Shown: positions 30,201-40,730, counted from the first letter of the stretch. The stretch is 64,000 bases of DNA from an uncultured Chthonomonadaceae bacterium (GCA_963817895.1 CAWFQB010000002.1:576001-640000); one strand, 5' to 3'. The notes: generated by a model from the sequence alone, not told the origin. Numbers and translations: made by a program.

Positions 30201-31933
30201 TTCGTTTGTTCTTCATCGCTGAGTAAAAAACGCAACTGCGGATCGTTGAGAACGGCGCTAATAGTCATTGGCTTGCCGTCCACGAGCAGGGTTTGTTTTA
30301 TCAATCGGACGCCGTGGCTGTAATCTACATACGTGTCGCGGTGTATGGTTGTCAGCGGTTGAATGGGCTTGCCGTCGAGCGTGTGCCAGCCATAAATCGC
30401 AACGTGGTTCGGGCGGGAAGTCAACAGGGGCGTCGTGACCACATCCTTCTTGATGCCCGCTACGAGCAGACCGAGCGGCTTGCCCTGTCGCTGCGTTTCG
30501 ATGATGGCGTTGTGTTCCACAAAGGTTTTCACGGCCTCGCGCTCAACTGTTAAGGGACGCGGCTCCAGTTTCAGGTCGGAATGGGCGTAGATGTCGTTGA
30601 CCATTTTGCGGGTCGGCAGGGCGCAGCCAAAACGTTCGGCAATACGGCCCGCCGTCATGGGCGTGAGCGGAACGCGGACAAAATCCTTATCATTCCCGAC
30701 CGCCAGATAGTCCGGCGTCACCTCATATTCGGCAGTATGCGTCACGCCCTTACTGTCCACGCCCGTTACGCGAATCGTCTTGAATTTGCGCAGGAATTCG
30801 GGCAGGCCGCCGGTCGTAATCTGCTGAAACAGGGTCTCTTCGCGGTCGGCAAGCGGCATGTTGGCAACATGCGCCAAAATTTCCGTCCCGCCGGACGGGG
30901 TTTGCTGTGGTTTCGGGGGCGCGGCAGGCTGTATCCAATCATTATAAGCGCGTGGCCCGCCAAACATGCCCCATGCAGTGGTGTTCTTTGTGCCGTATGT
31001 GACCGCCATGAGGAAGCCGTTCATCTCGCCCACAAGCGCGGTGTGCAGGATTTTGTTGGCCGGGTTGTTGTGAATGAGGAACAGGCAGCGCCCCTGCAAC
31101 CCCTCCCATCGCGCAAAATCGCCCTGAACCGTTTCCGCTAAAGTGACATGATGGGCAAACGTTTCCAGCATCCGATGCGTGGCGCGATACGTGCCGCCCT
31201 CCGGCCCGTTTACGAGTTTGCCGTCAAGGGTAATGTTGCGGTCATCGTAGGCAAGCGTGATTAAATGCCGCTTGCGGTTGCCGTTGAGCCATGCCAGCAG
31301 TTTGTCGCCGTGTTTGTCCGTGTCGGAATAGGAGTAGTTGGCGTCCAGAAACGCGATGCGCTCCACATACGCGGGAATGGTTTCGCCGCCGTTCAGAAAG
31401 CCGAACAGAAAACTGCCGCCCCCGCTATGCCCCGTCAGCGCAACCCGAACCGGCGCGCCCGGAACCCGTTTCAACAAACTCTCCACCAGAGCGCGAATCA
31501 GGGCGGCGTTGTCGGCATGTTTCTGCCGCCACGCGGGCCAACTTCGCCCCTCCGCCTGTACACACGCGAGAACGATATTTTCCTCTTTATCCACCTCGCG
31601 CAGCCGCCGTGTTTGCGCCGCAATATGCTGAATATCGAAATGCCAGTCCGTCCCTTTTTCCAAAGTCGAACCCATCGTCTGCTCAATCGTGTTGCCGTTC
31701 GGCGTGGCATAGATAATGAGCAGTGTCGGATGTTTCGCGTCGAATTGCGCGGCAGCAGGCGCGTTCAGCAGGATGCGGACGCCTTCCGGCGTCGTCTCTT
31801 CCAACGTCTGTTCGCCAAACCACGGACCCGCCGCAAATCCGGGCAGTTTTTGCTGAGAATGAGCGGGCATAATTCCTGCCAGCAAAAATGTGATGCTGCA
31901 AAATAGCCAGCGGGCAGTTTGTAAAGAGAGCAT
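30197..31933 (-). CDS. Secreted hypothetical protein: alpha/beta-hydrolase-like N-domain plus uncharacterised C-domain
   Basis: Signal peptide; GHSGGG motif; C-terminal IYGWH...YVDYSHG; 4-bp overlap with the downstream gene. Confidence 0.7.
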   Translation of the reverse strand: MLSLQTARWLFCSITFLLAGIMPAHSQQKLPGFAAGPWFGEQTLEETTPEGVRILLNAPAAAQFDAKHPTLLIIYATPNGNTIEQTMGSTLEKGTDWHFDIQHIAAQTRRLREVDKEENIVLACVQAEGRSWPAWRQKHADNAALIRALVESLLKRVPGAPVRVALTGHSGGGSFLFGFLNGGETIPAYVERIAFLDANYSYSDTDKHGDKLLAWLNGNRKRHLITLAYDDRNITLDGKLVNGPEGGTYRATHRMLETFAHHVTLAETVQGDFARWEGLQGRCLFLIHNNPANKILHTALVGEMNGFLMAVTYGTKNTTAWGMFGGPRAYNDWIQPAAPPKPQQTPSGGTEILAHVANMPLADREETLFQQITTGGLPEFLRKFKTIRVTGVDSKGVTHTAEYEVTPDYLAVGNDKDFVRVPLTPMTAGRIAERFGCALPTRKMVNDIYAHSDLKLEPRPLTVEREAVKTFVEHNAIIETQRQGKPLGLLVAGIKKDVVTTPLLTSRPNHVAIYGWHTLDGKPIQPLTTIHRDTYVDYSHGVRLIKQTLLVDGKPMTISAVLNDPQLRFLLSDEEQTK

Positions 31934-32103
31934 TTTACCTCACCCCAACCCCTCTCCTTGCCGCGCAAAGCGCCAGGAGAGGGGATTTTCAGGCTAAAAC
32001 CAGTTCAGTTCCTATTGTCTATTCTGCATTGGCGGTAGAATTCCTCTAATAACCTTCATGCGCTACCACATCGTCAAGGGTGAACAGTTAGGTAGGGGCG
32101 CTG

Positions 32104-32234
32104 CTTGCTGCGCCCTCTGCAAACTTGCTGCGCCCTCTGCAAACTTGCTGCGCCCTCTGCAAACTTGCTGCGCCCTCTGCAAACTTGCTGCGCCCTCTGC
32201 AAACTTGCTGCGCCCTCTGCAAACTTGCTGCGCC
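32104..32234. repeat. 20-bp tandem repeat (CTTGCTGCGCCCTCTGCAAA) x6.5 inside a GTAG-type REP pair
   Basis: Identical contiguous units with no spacers; flanked by gtaggggcgctgcttgctg and cagcaagcagaacccctac. Confidence 0.92.
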
Positions 32235-32458
32235 TTGATTGAGGAGGGTTCAGCAAGCAGAACCCCTACAACCTACCCTACCATTCTACTTTGACGGTGT
32301 AGTACGCACAATTTTGCGCATGAGTAGCCCTTCTCCTGGCGCGTTGCGCGGCCAGGAGAGGGGTTGGGGTGAGGCGCATAAAGAAGGAAACAGCAGAGGC
32401 AACGTCCAATTTGACAAACATTATAACACTCCAAAATGAGAACGGGAAGAACGAACCT

Positions 32459-33845
32459 ATGCGTGTGCTGATTACCGGAAGCGATATCCGACAAGCGCAA
32501 ATGGCTCTGCCTGCGCTAAAAGCCGAGCATGAAGTCATCGCCCTAAACGAAGATGCGCTGCTGAAACCGGCGCGACTGGAAGCGGAACTGGCAGGCATTG
32601 ACGTTGTGCTGCATCTTGCGCCCCTTTTGCCGATTACAGACGAGCGGCGCGCGTTTGATCTGGCGACGCGGGGAACGTACAACCTGATGAAAGCCGCGAT
32701 TGATGCGGGCGTTCGGCGCGTGGTTGTGGGCAGTACGCTGGACTTGTTTGACGCGCGTTCCCATTTCGTGGAGGGTGACGGAGGGCTGGCGTCCGCGTCC
32801 CTGCCCCATTCCCGAACATCTGGTTCCCCTGCTGGCGGAACAGTCGGTACGCGAATCAGCGCGGGGCGTGAATATGCCGGGCGTGTGCCTGCGTTTCGGA
32901 ACAGCCTCGGAGGAAGAAACGGCGGAACATATTCGCGATGCTGTTTGTTCTGTCGGCAATCATCGTCCGTTCTGGCGGGTTCGGCACGTTGGACACCGGA
33001 CGGGAACCCGGCAGGACGATGGCCGGAGTTGGCAGGAGATACTCGGCCCGGAACAACCCATAGCCTCGCGCCCGATTTGCAACGTTGTCGTTTTCGGCGC
33101 GGGCGGGCCGGTGGCTGCGGACGCCGCGCAGATGTTGAAGGCTGCGTATACGCTTCGCCTGACAGACCTGCGCCCATTAGAAGACATTGCGCGGGAAGCG
33201 AAACCGCAATCCGAATACGCGCCTCTCCCTGTTCCGCTCGGCTTACCGCATGAAAACCGCGTCGTAGATGTCCGCAACTATGACGAGGTAGACGCCGCCT
33301 GCGAGGGCATGGACGCCATTGTAAACTGTACCGTTGTACGGCACGACCCCGAAGACGCGTTTCACGTCAATACGTGGGGCGCGTACAATATTGCCCGCGC
33401 CGCCGCCAAACATCAAATACGGCGGGTTGCGCATACCGGCCCGCAAATGGTAGCCCTGACGCATGAAACAGGCTACTGGGGTGACGAAGAGGTTCCCGGT
33501 AACGCCCCGCCCCGCGTGGGAACGCACCTGTACGGACACAGCAAGTTTTTGGGGCAGGAGATTTTGCGCGCGTTTGCCGAATTCTACGGACTGGAAGTTC
33601 CCGTGCTGCTGTATAACATTTTCGTCGCGCCCGACAAACCGTTCGGCATGGATCAGTTCGCCGTCAGTTGGCGGGACTCGTCCCGCGCCCTTTGCGCCGC
33701 GCTGAATGTGGCGTCCCTGCCTCGGCCTTATGAGATCATGAACATCTCCGCCGACCTGCCGCATGGCCGCTTTCTGCCAACCCGCGCCGAAGAACTGCTC
33801 GGCTGGAAACCGCTGGACGACCTGCATCAGAACTGGCGCGGGTAA
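32459..33845 (+). CDS. Tandem two-domain NAD-dependent epimerase/dehydratase, one frameshift near 32755
   Basis: MRVLITGS...GTYNL..AA first domain; VVVFGAGG...YGHSK second domain in the shifted frame. Confidence 0.75.
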
Positions 33846-33926
33846 AGAACAAATACGAACTTAGCCGCGAATGAACGCGAATGAACGCGAATAAATGCAA
33901 TTGCGGCTTAAACAGGAGGCGCGAAG

Positions 33927-34355
33927 ATGGAATCGAAGACGACGGGTAAGCGGATTGTCACTAAGGGCGCGTATGCGCGAGTTCAGATCAACAAGTATTG
34001 GGGATGGGTACAGACCGCAAGTTCGTTTTTATTATGTATTGCGATACTTTTCGTTATTATACAGGACACAGAGCATAATTTTGGGTTGAGCCATATAATC
34101 CGAGAGCTGCTATTAGTTGTATTTGCAGTTTCGCTGTATCACGTTGCGGTATGTCAACTAAAGCGTACCCTTGCCATTAAACCTGTTGTTCCCCTCACCC
34201 GTGCCAATACTGGCAGCCTACCCACCTCTGACAGTCTGGTACGCGCTTCGGAGGAACCGATGCAGGCACAGAAAGCCGCGTTGCTCCGCGCTGCCGCAGC
34301 AACACAGGAAATGCCACCTGACCAACTTGTGCGGGCGGTGAACGGGCAGGAATAG
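33927..34355 (+). CDS. Hypothetical membrane protein (2 TM)
   Basis: AGGAGG RBS, two hydrophobic segments, C-terminal LxRA repeats. Confidence 0.7.
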   Translation: MESKTTGKRIVTKGAYARVQINKYWGWVQTASSFLLCIAILFVIIQDTEHNFGLSHIIRELLLVVFAVSLYHVAVCQLKRTLAIKPVVPLTRANTGSLPTSDSLVRASEEPMQAQKAALLRAAAATQEMPPDQLVRAVNGQE

Positions 34356-34365
34356 AGGCAGGCAC

Positions 34366-35373
34366 ATGAAAGTTTTAATTATTGGCGGCACGGGACTGAT
34401 TAGTACAGGCATTACCCGCCTGCTGCTGGAACGCGGCGATGCGGTGACGCACTACAACCGGGGGCAGCGTTCACAGGAGTTTGCGGGACGGGTGACAACC
34501 GTTCCGGGGAATCGGTACGCCCATGCCGCGTTCGAGGCGCAGATGGCGAAACGGCCCCGTTTCGATGCGGTTGTGGATATGATCGGTTACGCGCCTGAAG
34601 ACGTGGAAAGCCTGTTGCGGGCGTTCGGCGACAAGTGCGGGCATCTGGTTTTTTGCAGCACGGTAGACGTGTACGCCCGTCCCGCGTCCCGTTACCCGGT
34701 GACGGAATCGGAACCGTTTCGTCCGACAAGCTGGGAGTACGCGCAAAAGAAAGCGGCCTGCGAAGCTCTTTTGTGGGAGTGGCAGGCGCGGGACCGGCAG
34801 CCGTTTACCGTAATCCGCCCCGTCCACACCTACAGCGAACAGGGCGCAATCGTGCATAGTTTCGGGAGCGCGAATTATCATCTGGACAGGTTGAAAAAGG
34901 GCAAGCCCATCATCGTACATGGCGACGGTAGCAGTTTGTGGTCGTCCGTACATCGAGACGACGCCGCGCCCGCCTTTGTCAACGCGCTGGGCAATCCGGC
35001 CACGTTCGGTAAAAGCTACCATCTGCCCGGCGACGAGTGCATTACGTGGAAACAGTACCACGAACAGGTTGCTGAAGGTATCGGCGCGCCACCGCCCCAA
35101 TTCGTTGCCATTCCTACCGATGTGTTGTACCGGATGGACAAGCGGGCGTATATCTCTGCCATCAACTTCGCGTACAACAACTGCTTCGATCCCACTGCGG
35201 CCAAAACCGATTTAGGATTCCGCTATACCATTTCTATCGCGCAGGGCGCAAAGCAAATTTATGAGTGGCTGACCGCCAACAACAGACTGCAAAACAGCGA
35301 CGACGTGACGGCAGACGATCAAATTATTGCCGCGTGGGAACAGGCGCGACAGCATTTGCCATCTTCAATTTAG
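34366..35373 (+). CDS. NAD-dependent epimerase/dehydratase family protein
   Basis: LIIGGTGLIS, CSTVDVY, YAQKK, TVIRP. Confidence 0.9.
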   Translation: MKVLIIGGTGLISTGITRLLLERGDAVTHYNRGQRSQEFAGRVTTVPGNRYAHAAFEAQMAKRPRFDAVVDMIGYAPEDVESLLRAFGDKCGHLVFCSTVDVYARPASRYPVTESEPFRPTSWEYAQKKAACEALLWEWQARDRQPFTVIRPVHTYSEQGAIVHSFGSANYHLDRLKKGKPIIVHGDGSSLWSSVHRDDAAPAFVNALGNPATFGKSYHLPGDECITWKQYHEQVAEGIGAPPPQFVAIPTDVLYRMDKRAYISAINFAYNNCFDPTAAKTDLGFRYTISIAQGAKQIYEWLTANNRLQNSDDVTADDQIIAAWEQARQHLPSSI

Positions 35374-35384
35374 CGCGTCTCATG

Positions 35385-36233
35385 TCAGTCTTGTTCAACG
35401 AACTGCCAATCATCCGCCAAAGTTATCTGAAAATTCAGGTTATGAAAGCTGCGCGGAACCTCGGTTGCTTTGCATTTGCCGAAGCCGATACCACGAGGGG
35501 CGCCGTCCGAGCCAATCCAAAAACACACAACGCCATTGCTGTCGCGTTCGGCAAGTGTGACGGTATAGAAGCCGACGCGAACAGGCTTTGTCGGCACATC
35601 GCCGCGCTCTATTCGTTGCGCCAGTTGCTCGAACTGTGTTCGCTGCAACGCAAAAATCAAGCGCATCGGCCAGTAGGTATCAGGCATCAGGAACACCGCG
35701 CCCAATATGGCAAGCCAGCAAACCCCCAACAGGCTCAGGCAGGGCCTACTCCACGCCTTCTTACCCGAACGCAACACGATAAACCAGACAATACCAAGAA
35801 ACAGGGTGAGAATACCAAGCAGAAAACCGCCTGCCGCTGTTGCGGTCGCTGACTCGCCAAGCGCGGTGAAGCACGTAAGCCACGCAATGCTTTGCAGGTC
35901 AATGCCGGTACACAGCGCCAACAGTCCAATGTCTATTCGCCGCAGCCATACGTTTGCCGCAAAAGATGTTGCGCCGGGATAGGTTTGCGCTTCAACAGGT
36001 AACATGGTTTTCCTCTCGTGATCCATCGCATCCATTTGCGCGTTGAACTCGCGCAGTTTGCGCCGACGTTCCTCCGGCCCAAGATGCGCCCACAAGCGGA
36101 AGAAGACCCGCAACGCAGCCACTATCCACTGCGCAAACCAGAGTTGAAGAGCATCTTCGTATTTTTTGCGCTTCCACGACTTCATCTGTTCGCGTTTCTC
36201 CAACTTGTATGCTTCTGCTGTGAAAGCAGGCAT
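35385..36233 (-). CDS. Hypothetical membrane protein
   Basis: 282-aa ORF with several TM segments; start uncertain. Confidence 0.55.
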   Translation of the reverse strand: MPAFTAEAYKLEKREQMKSWKRKKYEDALQLWFAQWIVAALRVFFRLWAHLGPEERRRKLREFNAQMDAMDHERKTMLPVEAQTYPGATSFAANVWLRRIDIGLLALCTGIDLQSIAWLTCFTALGESATATAAGGFLLGILTLFLGIVWFIVLRSGKKAWSRPCLSLLGVCWLAILGAVFLMPDTYWPMRLIFALQRTQFEQLAQRIERGDVPTKPVRVGFYTVTLAERDSNGVVCFWIGSDGAPRGIGFGKCKATEVPRSFHNLNFQITLADDWQFVEQD

Positions 36234-36248
36234 TTACGCGGCGTGAAG

Positions 36249-36587
36249 CTATTCGTTCTTTGGTTCGCGTTGCTCCAAGCGTTTTCGCAACTCCTCATTT
36301 TCGCGCTGTAGTGTTTCCAGTTGTTCCCGCAAGGTGTTGTTTTCCGGTTCAGGCTGTGAAGGGCCGGGGAGCAACAGGCGATCTGAACGCAGCACGATGT
36401 TCTCCAAACGCAACCGTTGCATTTCGCGTTCGCTTTCGGCTTTATCCCGCTCCCGCTCGAAATCATGCGCAAGTTGTCGCGCGATCTCATAAAGTTCGGT
36501 AAACTTCTGGTTGAGTTCCTTGATTTCCTGCCGCAACTCTTTAGTAGCGTCTTCCTGTTTCTGAACTCGTTGGGTCAAGGTAGCCAC
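36249..36587 (-). CDS. Hypothetical coiled-coil protein
   Basis: E/R/L-rich heptad pattern. Confidence 0.65.
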   Translation of the reverse strand: MATLTQRVQKQEDATKELRQEIKELNQKFTELYEIARQLAHDFERERDKAESEREMQRLRLENIVLRSDRLLLPGPSQPEPENNTLREQLETLQRENEELRKRLEQREPKNE

Positions 36588-36624
36588 TTTTGTGGCGTAC
36601 TCTACAAATTGCTTTCACATCAGG

Positions 36625-36850
36625 TTATCCCGCTCTTTTCAGTCGGTTCATCTGCTCTCTCAATTGCGCGAGAGTGACTTCGGAACGCGCTTTGATAACC
36701 TGTCTTTCCGCTTTCAGACGCTCACTTTCCGCCTCATCTCTGTCCATAAGTTCTTCGAGTTCGGTTGATCTCAACAAGCAACTGTGTGGCAATGGCTTCG
36801 TATTCCGCTTTGGACTTGTGTTTTGGCTTGGTTAGTACGGTTACGCTCAT
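36625..36850 (-). CDS. Small coiled-coil hypothetical protein with one apparent frameshift (~36760)
   Basis: Manual translation MSVTVLTKPKHKSKAEYEAIATQLLVEINR / LEELMDRDEAESERLKAERQ...RAG*. Confidence 0.5.
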
Positions 36851-37042
36851 GGTTCTGCGCCTTTATTGAGTTGACATAGCATCAGAATTGGGTAGGATGC
36901 TGCGTTCATCGTTAGCCAATGCATCCGCTTGCATAGTGGATCAATGCAAGCAAAAGGGAGGGCAGATAACTGCGCTCTCTTTAATTATACACCGGAACCT
37001 TCCCGCATCGAATACGTTTGTATGAACTTGTATTGTCCGCTT

Positions 37043-37585
37043 TCAGACACGTTCCAGCGGTTGATGGGGTTCCGGCGGCAGGACAACGCAGATACTATCG
37101 CCGGGACATACTTCGCCATCCGTAAGAACAATGCCCATAATGCCCGCTTTGCGAATCAGATTGCCCGCTTCGTCCCGGTCTAAGGTTGCCGCCATCAAAC
37201 CCGGCTGAAAATTGTCCAACTGCGAACAGGGATTGCGCAGCCCCGTCACTTCGACAACAGCCGTATCGCCAAGATGCAGGCGCGTTCCTTTCGGCAATCC
37301 GAGCAAATCAAGGCCGCGCGTCGTGATGTTTTCGCCCATGTCTCCGGCGGATACCGCAAACTCGGCGTCTCGTAATTCGTCGTGCAGTTCGGCGTGTATC
37401 AAATGTATCTGCCGCAAATTGGGCTGTGTTGGGTCTTGCGCCACCCTCGAACGATGCTTCACCGTTGCGCCACAATGCGCGTCCCCCTCCACGCCAAAAC
37501 CACGCAGTACACGAATACCGCTTTGGTTCTCCTTGCTGAACGTGTGCGTAGTCTTGCGGCTTACCGTTACCACTATGGCGCTCAT
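37043..37585 (-). CDS. MOSC domain-containing protein
   Basis: GVEGDAH, GENITTRG, RNPCSQL, GDSI. Confidence 0.9.
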   Translation of the reverse strand: MSAIVVTVSRKTTHTFSKENQSGIRVLRGFGVEGDAHCGATVKHRSRVAQDPTQPNLRQIHLIHAELHDELRDAEFAVSAGDMGENITTRGLDLLGLPKGTRLHLGDTAVVEVTGLRNPCSQLDNFQPGLMAATLDRDEAGNLIRKAGIMGIVLTDGEVCPGDSICVVLPPEPHQPLERV

Positions 37586-38376
37586 CGAATATCACTCCTA
37601 TGAGCAGCGCCAATGGCAATCATTTCAAATGCCGAGGCATAGTATTGATTTACATCCTTCAACACGTTTTCCGCATCAGCGCGAGGATCAACCTTAGAGG
37701 CAAACCATTGAGAAAACGTTACCATACACTCCTCATCAGCATTGCTCATGATTTCACTTGCCCAAAGAGTGTACTGAAGGTTAAATCTTTGTAAATCTTC
37801 CTTTGGATGAAAGCCGTGCCTCTGACAAAAATCTTGATAATCCTGTTTGAACACTCCGTTAGCAACCTTGTTCCACATGAAAGCTGTATCATATATCGGG
37901 AATAAACTGGGATTGAAAAAGTGCAGGAACTTGGAAACCGCCATCCACGGATAAACGGTTGGATAACGCAGTGTAGGCTTAATCTTACCGATGCTGGTCA
38001 AACAAGCCTCGACTTTGTGGTTGCTGGCACTGTTGATGAGGTTAGCAGAGGTAAGCGAAGATGAGCGTGAACAAAGTTCACACTCATTTGTTAAAACTTG
38101 GAAAGTTTCTTCAGCACTCCAACATGGACCCGCAGCATTGCGAAATACCTGCCAACCTGAGCGTAAACTTTCATAGATATGGCTGAACGCTTCCTGACTT
38201 TCTGGTTTGTTACCTTTCGCCGCAAAAGCCGTTTTCGCCTGGTTGTAGAGATACAACTTATGACTAAGGCTCCAGCCTGTGGGAACGGTCGAATGGTAGG
38301 AGTCTAGAGCTTGTTTGGTATATGGCGCAGTATAAAAATGTGCTAATCTCATTTCTCTCCATTCTACAAGCGGCAC
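37582..38376 (-). CDS. Hypothetical protein (lower GC) with SKFLHF..P..FPIYD motif
   Basis: 264-aa ORF; AT-richer than neighbours; stop overlaps the MOSC start. Confidence 0.65.
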   Translation of the reverse strand: MPLVEWREMRLAHFYTAPYTKQALDSYHSTVPTGWSLSHKLYLYNQAKTAFAAKGNKPESQEAFSHIYESLRSGWQVFRNAAGPCWSAEETFQVLTNECELCSRSSSLTSANLINSASNHKVEACLTSIGKIKPTLRYPTVYPWMAVSKFLHFFNPSLFPIYDTAFMWNKVANGVFKQDYQDFCQRHGFHPKEDLQRFNLQYTLWASEIMSNADEECMVTFSQWFASKVDPRADAENVLKDVNQYYASAFEMIAIGAAHRSDIR

Positions 38377-38509
38377 TCCCTGTTTTGCTACACCATGTAC
38401 ACACGATAGTTCTAACGCTCATGTCCATTATAGAGGAACAACGAGAGGTTGTCAATAGTTTTGACATACGTATTCAACGCTTGGTCACGATGAGAGGGTA
38501 ACAATATAG

Positions 38510-38770
38510 ATGGTACAAGAAATAGTTGGTGGCGAGGCTTATAAGTTTGAGCCGTTGGGCAAGTATGTGGTTCGCGCGGTTGGCGTATGTGGCGGACGCC
38601 CAACGTTCAAGTACACGCGGGTTGAAGTGGAAGGCATATTGGATCGTCTCGCGGCGGGTGAAAGCGTGGGAAGCATTGTTGCTGGGTTTGGCGGACGTAT
38701 CTCGCGTGAGGCCGTTTTAGAAGCCGTCCGAATTTCAGACAATGTTTTCGCAATCAGGCGGGTAGAATGA
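38510..38770 (+). CDS. DUF433 domain protein (putative antitoxin)
   Basis: VCGGRPTFKYTRVEVEGILDRLAAGES signature. Confidence 0.85.
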   Translation: MVQEIVGGEAYKFEPLGKYVVRAVGVCGGRPTFKYTRVEVEGILDRLAAGESVGSIVAGFGGRISREAVLEAVRISDNVFAIRRVE

Positions 38771-38880
38771 GGATATTGTTTTCATTCTTCACTTGCGATA
38801 AGCAGGCGAACACTGTCTTCCAAGTAACTCCCGGTCACGGGAGTTACTTTTGGAGTGACCTTGCTCCGCAATTGGGGATG

Positions 38881-38970
38881 CTGAACCATGATTTTTATGA
38901 TTTCAGGATTAACATGATTGAGTACACGCGCCATCATGGTAATCCTTTAATCACATAAATCATGGTTCAG
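38881..38970. repeat. ~90-bp inverted-repeat element (ctgaaccatgattt ... aaatcatggttcag)
   Basis: 14-bp perfect terminal IR with further internal complementarity. Confidence 0.7.
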
Positions 38971-39002
38971 ACAGTCTACTTGGGGAAGGTAGCGCACACG
39001 GC

Positions 39003-40730
39003 ATGAGCCTGTTACTTGACGGAACTATTATTCTGCTCTACTTCGCCCTGATTACCTATGTCGGGCTGGCGATGGGGAAGCGCGAAAACACCCTGAGCGA
39101 TTTCGCGCTTGGCGGGCGCAACATTCCGTGGTGGGCGGTGATGGCGTCCATTATCGCGGCGGAAACCAGCGCGGCCACGTTTCTGGGCGCTCCTGGCGAG
39201 GGCTACGACAAGCGCAGTCTCGCGTATGTGCAGCTTGTCATGGGTGTGATTATCGGGCGGTTCCTCATCGGCAACTTCTTTCTCAAGCCGTACTACACCT
39301 ACAAAGTTTACACGGTCTACGATTATCTCGGCGTTCGGTTCGGGCCGCGCACCAAAAAGTACGTGTCCGGCCTGTTTCTCGTCATGCGGACTCTGGCGTC
39401 GGGGGCGCGGCTGTTCGTGCCGTCGCTTGTAATGGTACTGGTGTGGCGGTTGTTCACCAATGGCGGGAAGCCGGTCGCGTTCAGCCAGCAGGCCGTGAAC
39501 AGCGTCGCGCCGTATGTCGTCGCCATTGTCGCGCTGACGATTTTCACCTGCATCTATACGGCAATGGGCGGCATCAAAGCGGTCATCTGGACGGACGTGA
39601 TACAGGCGTGTCTGATGTTCGGCGGGGCGCTAGTCGCTATCGGGACGCTGCTGCATCACGTCGGCGGGTTCGAAGCCGTTGCCAGAGCTGTGCCGAACAT
39701 GACGCATGTGCAGGGCTACTTTCTGACCGGGTTGGAGTCGGATTCCGTGGCCGCGTGGCAAGCGAAAGAACACGTTGCCACAATGGGATTCTGGCAGTAC
39801 GTCCGGCTCGTTTTCGCCAGTGACTATACGCTGTTTTCCGCGCTCATCGCGTCCACGTTGGGCAACATGGCGGCGTTTGGCACGGATCAGGACATGGTTC
39901 AGCGGATGCTCACCGCGACAACCTATAAAAGCGCGCGGCGCAGCCTGCTCACCGCCGCCTTTATGGACATTCCCATTGCCGCCGCGTTTACGTTTATCGG
40001 CATTCTGTTGTATGTGTACTACCTGCAAGACCCGACGTACAAACCCGTCGCCAATTCCGACGTGTTCGGCGCATACATTCTGAATGTGATGCCGACTGGC
40101 ATACGCGGACTGGTGCTGGCGGGCGTGTTCGCAACCGCGATGGGTTCCCTTTCCGCCGCCCTCAACTCGCTGGCGACAAGCGCGACGAATGACTGGTACA
40201 TTCCCCGTGTTGCCGCGCGTCTGCCCCACGCGGATGAAGCGCAGTATGTGCGGGCGGCGCGGGGCTTTACACTGTTGTTCGCCGGATTGATGGTCTTGAT
40301 TGCCGTCGCGTTTGCCAAAGCCAAAGTGACCGACCCGAACATCCGCATCATTCCCGTCGTACTCGGAATTGCCGGATTTATTCTCGGCCCCATGCTCGGC
40401 GTGTTTCTCATCGGCATGTTCACGCGCAACCGGGGTTCGGACCGGGGCAATATTCTCGCCGTCACAATTGGCCTTGTGGCGACAACCATTTTGGGTCGCC
40501 TGCACATCACGCTTGCCAACACGTTCGCGCCCCTGTTCGGCCACGCGCCCACATTCGCCGCCCCCGACTGGCTGCCGCTAGTATCGTTTACATGGTTCGC
40601 CATGATTGGCGCGGTTGTCGTGTTCGGCGTAGGCGTGTGGTTCCGAACGCCGGAAAGTGTTCTGGAAGCGGCAAAACGCAGAGCCGCAGAAGCCGATGCA
40701 GGCGAAGACAAGCCGCTTGCTTTACGGTGA
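39003..40730 (+). CDS. Sodium:solute symporter family transporter
   Basis: LGGRNIPWW, ETSAATFLG, GGIKAVIWTD, DQDMVQR; many TM helices. Confidence 0.92.
   Translation: MSLLLDGTIILLYFALITYVGLAMGKRENTLSDFALGGRNIPWWAVMASIIAAETSAATFLGAPGEGYDKRSLAYVQLVMGVIIGRFLIGNFFLKPYYTYKVYTVYDYLGVRFGPRTKKYVSGLFLVMRTLASGARLFVPSLVMVLVWRLFTNGGKPVAFSQQAVNSVAPYVVAIVALTIFTCIYTAMGGIKAVIWTDVIQACLMFGGALVAIGTLLHHVGGFEAVARAVPNMTHVQGYFLTGLESDSVAAWQAKEHVATMGFWQYVRLVFASDYTLFSALIASTLGNMAAFGTDQDMVQRMLTATTYKSARRSLLTAAFMDIPIAAAFTFIGILLYVYYLQDPTYKPVANSDVFGAYILNVMPTGIRGLVLAGVFATAMGSLSAALNSLATSATNDWYIPRVAARLPHADEAQYVRAARGFTLLFAGLMVLIAVAFAKAKVTDPNIRIIPVVLGIAGFILGPMLGVFLIGMFTRNRGSDRGNILAVTIGLVATTILGRLHITLANTFAPLFGHAPTFAAPDWLPLVSFTWFAMIGAVVVFGVGVWFRTPESVLEAAKRRAAEADAGEDKPLALR

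Noticed and set aside
32104..32234. Possible CRISPR array
   Set aside because: Identical 20-bp units are contiguous with no spacers, and there are no cas genes in the window.
33850..38970. Possible integron cassette array (run of small, variable genes)
   Set aside because: No repeated attC-like sites recognised, genes lie on both strands and there is no integrase.
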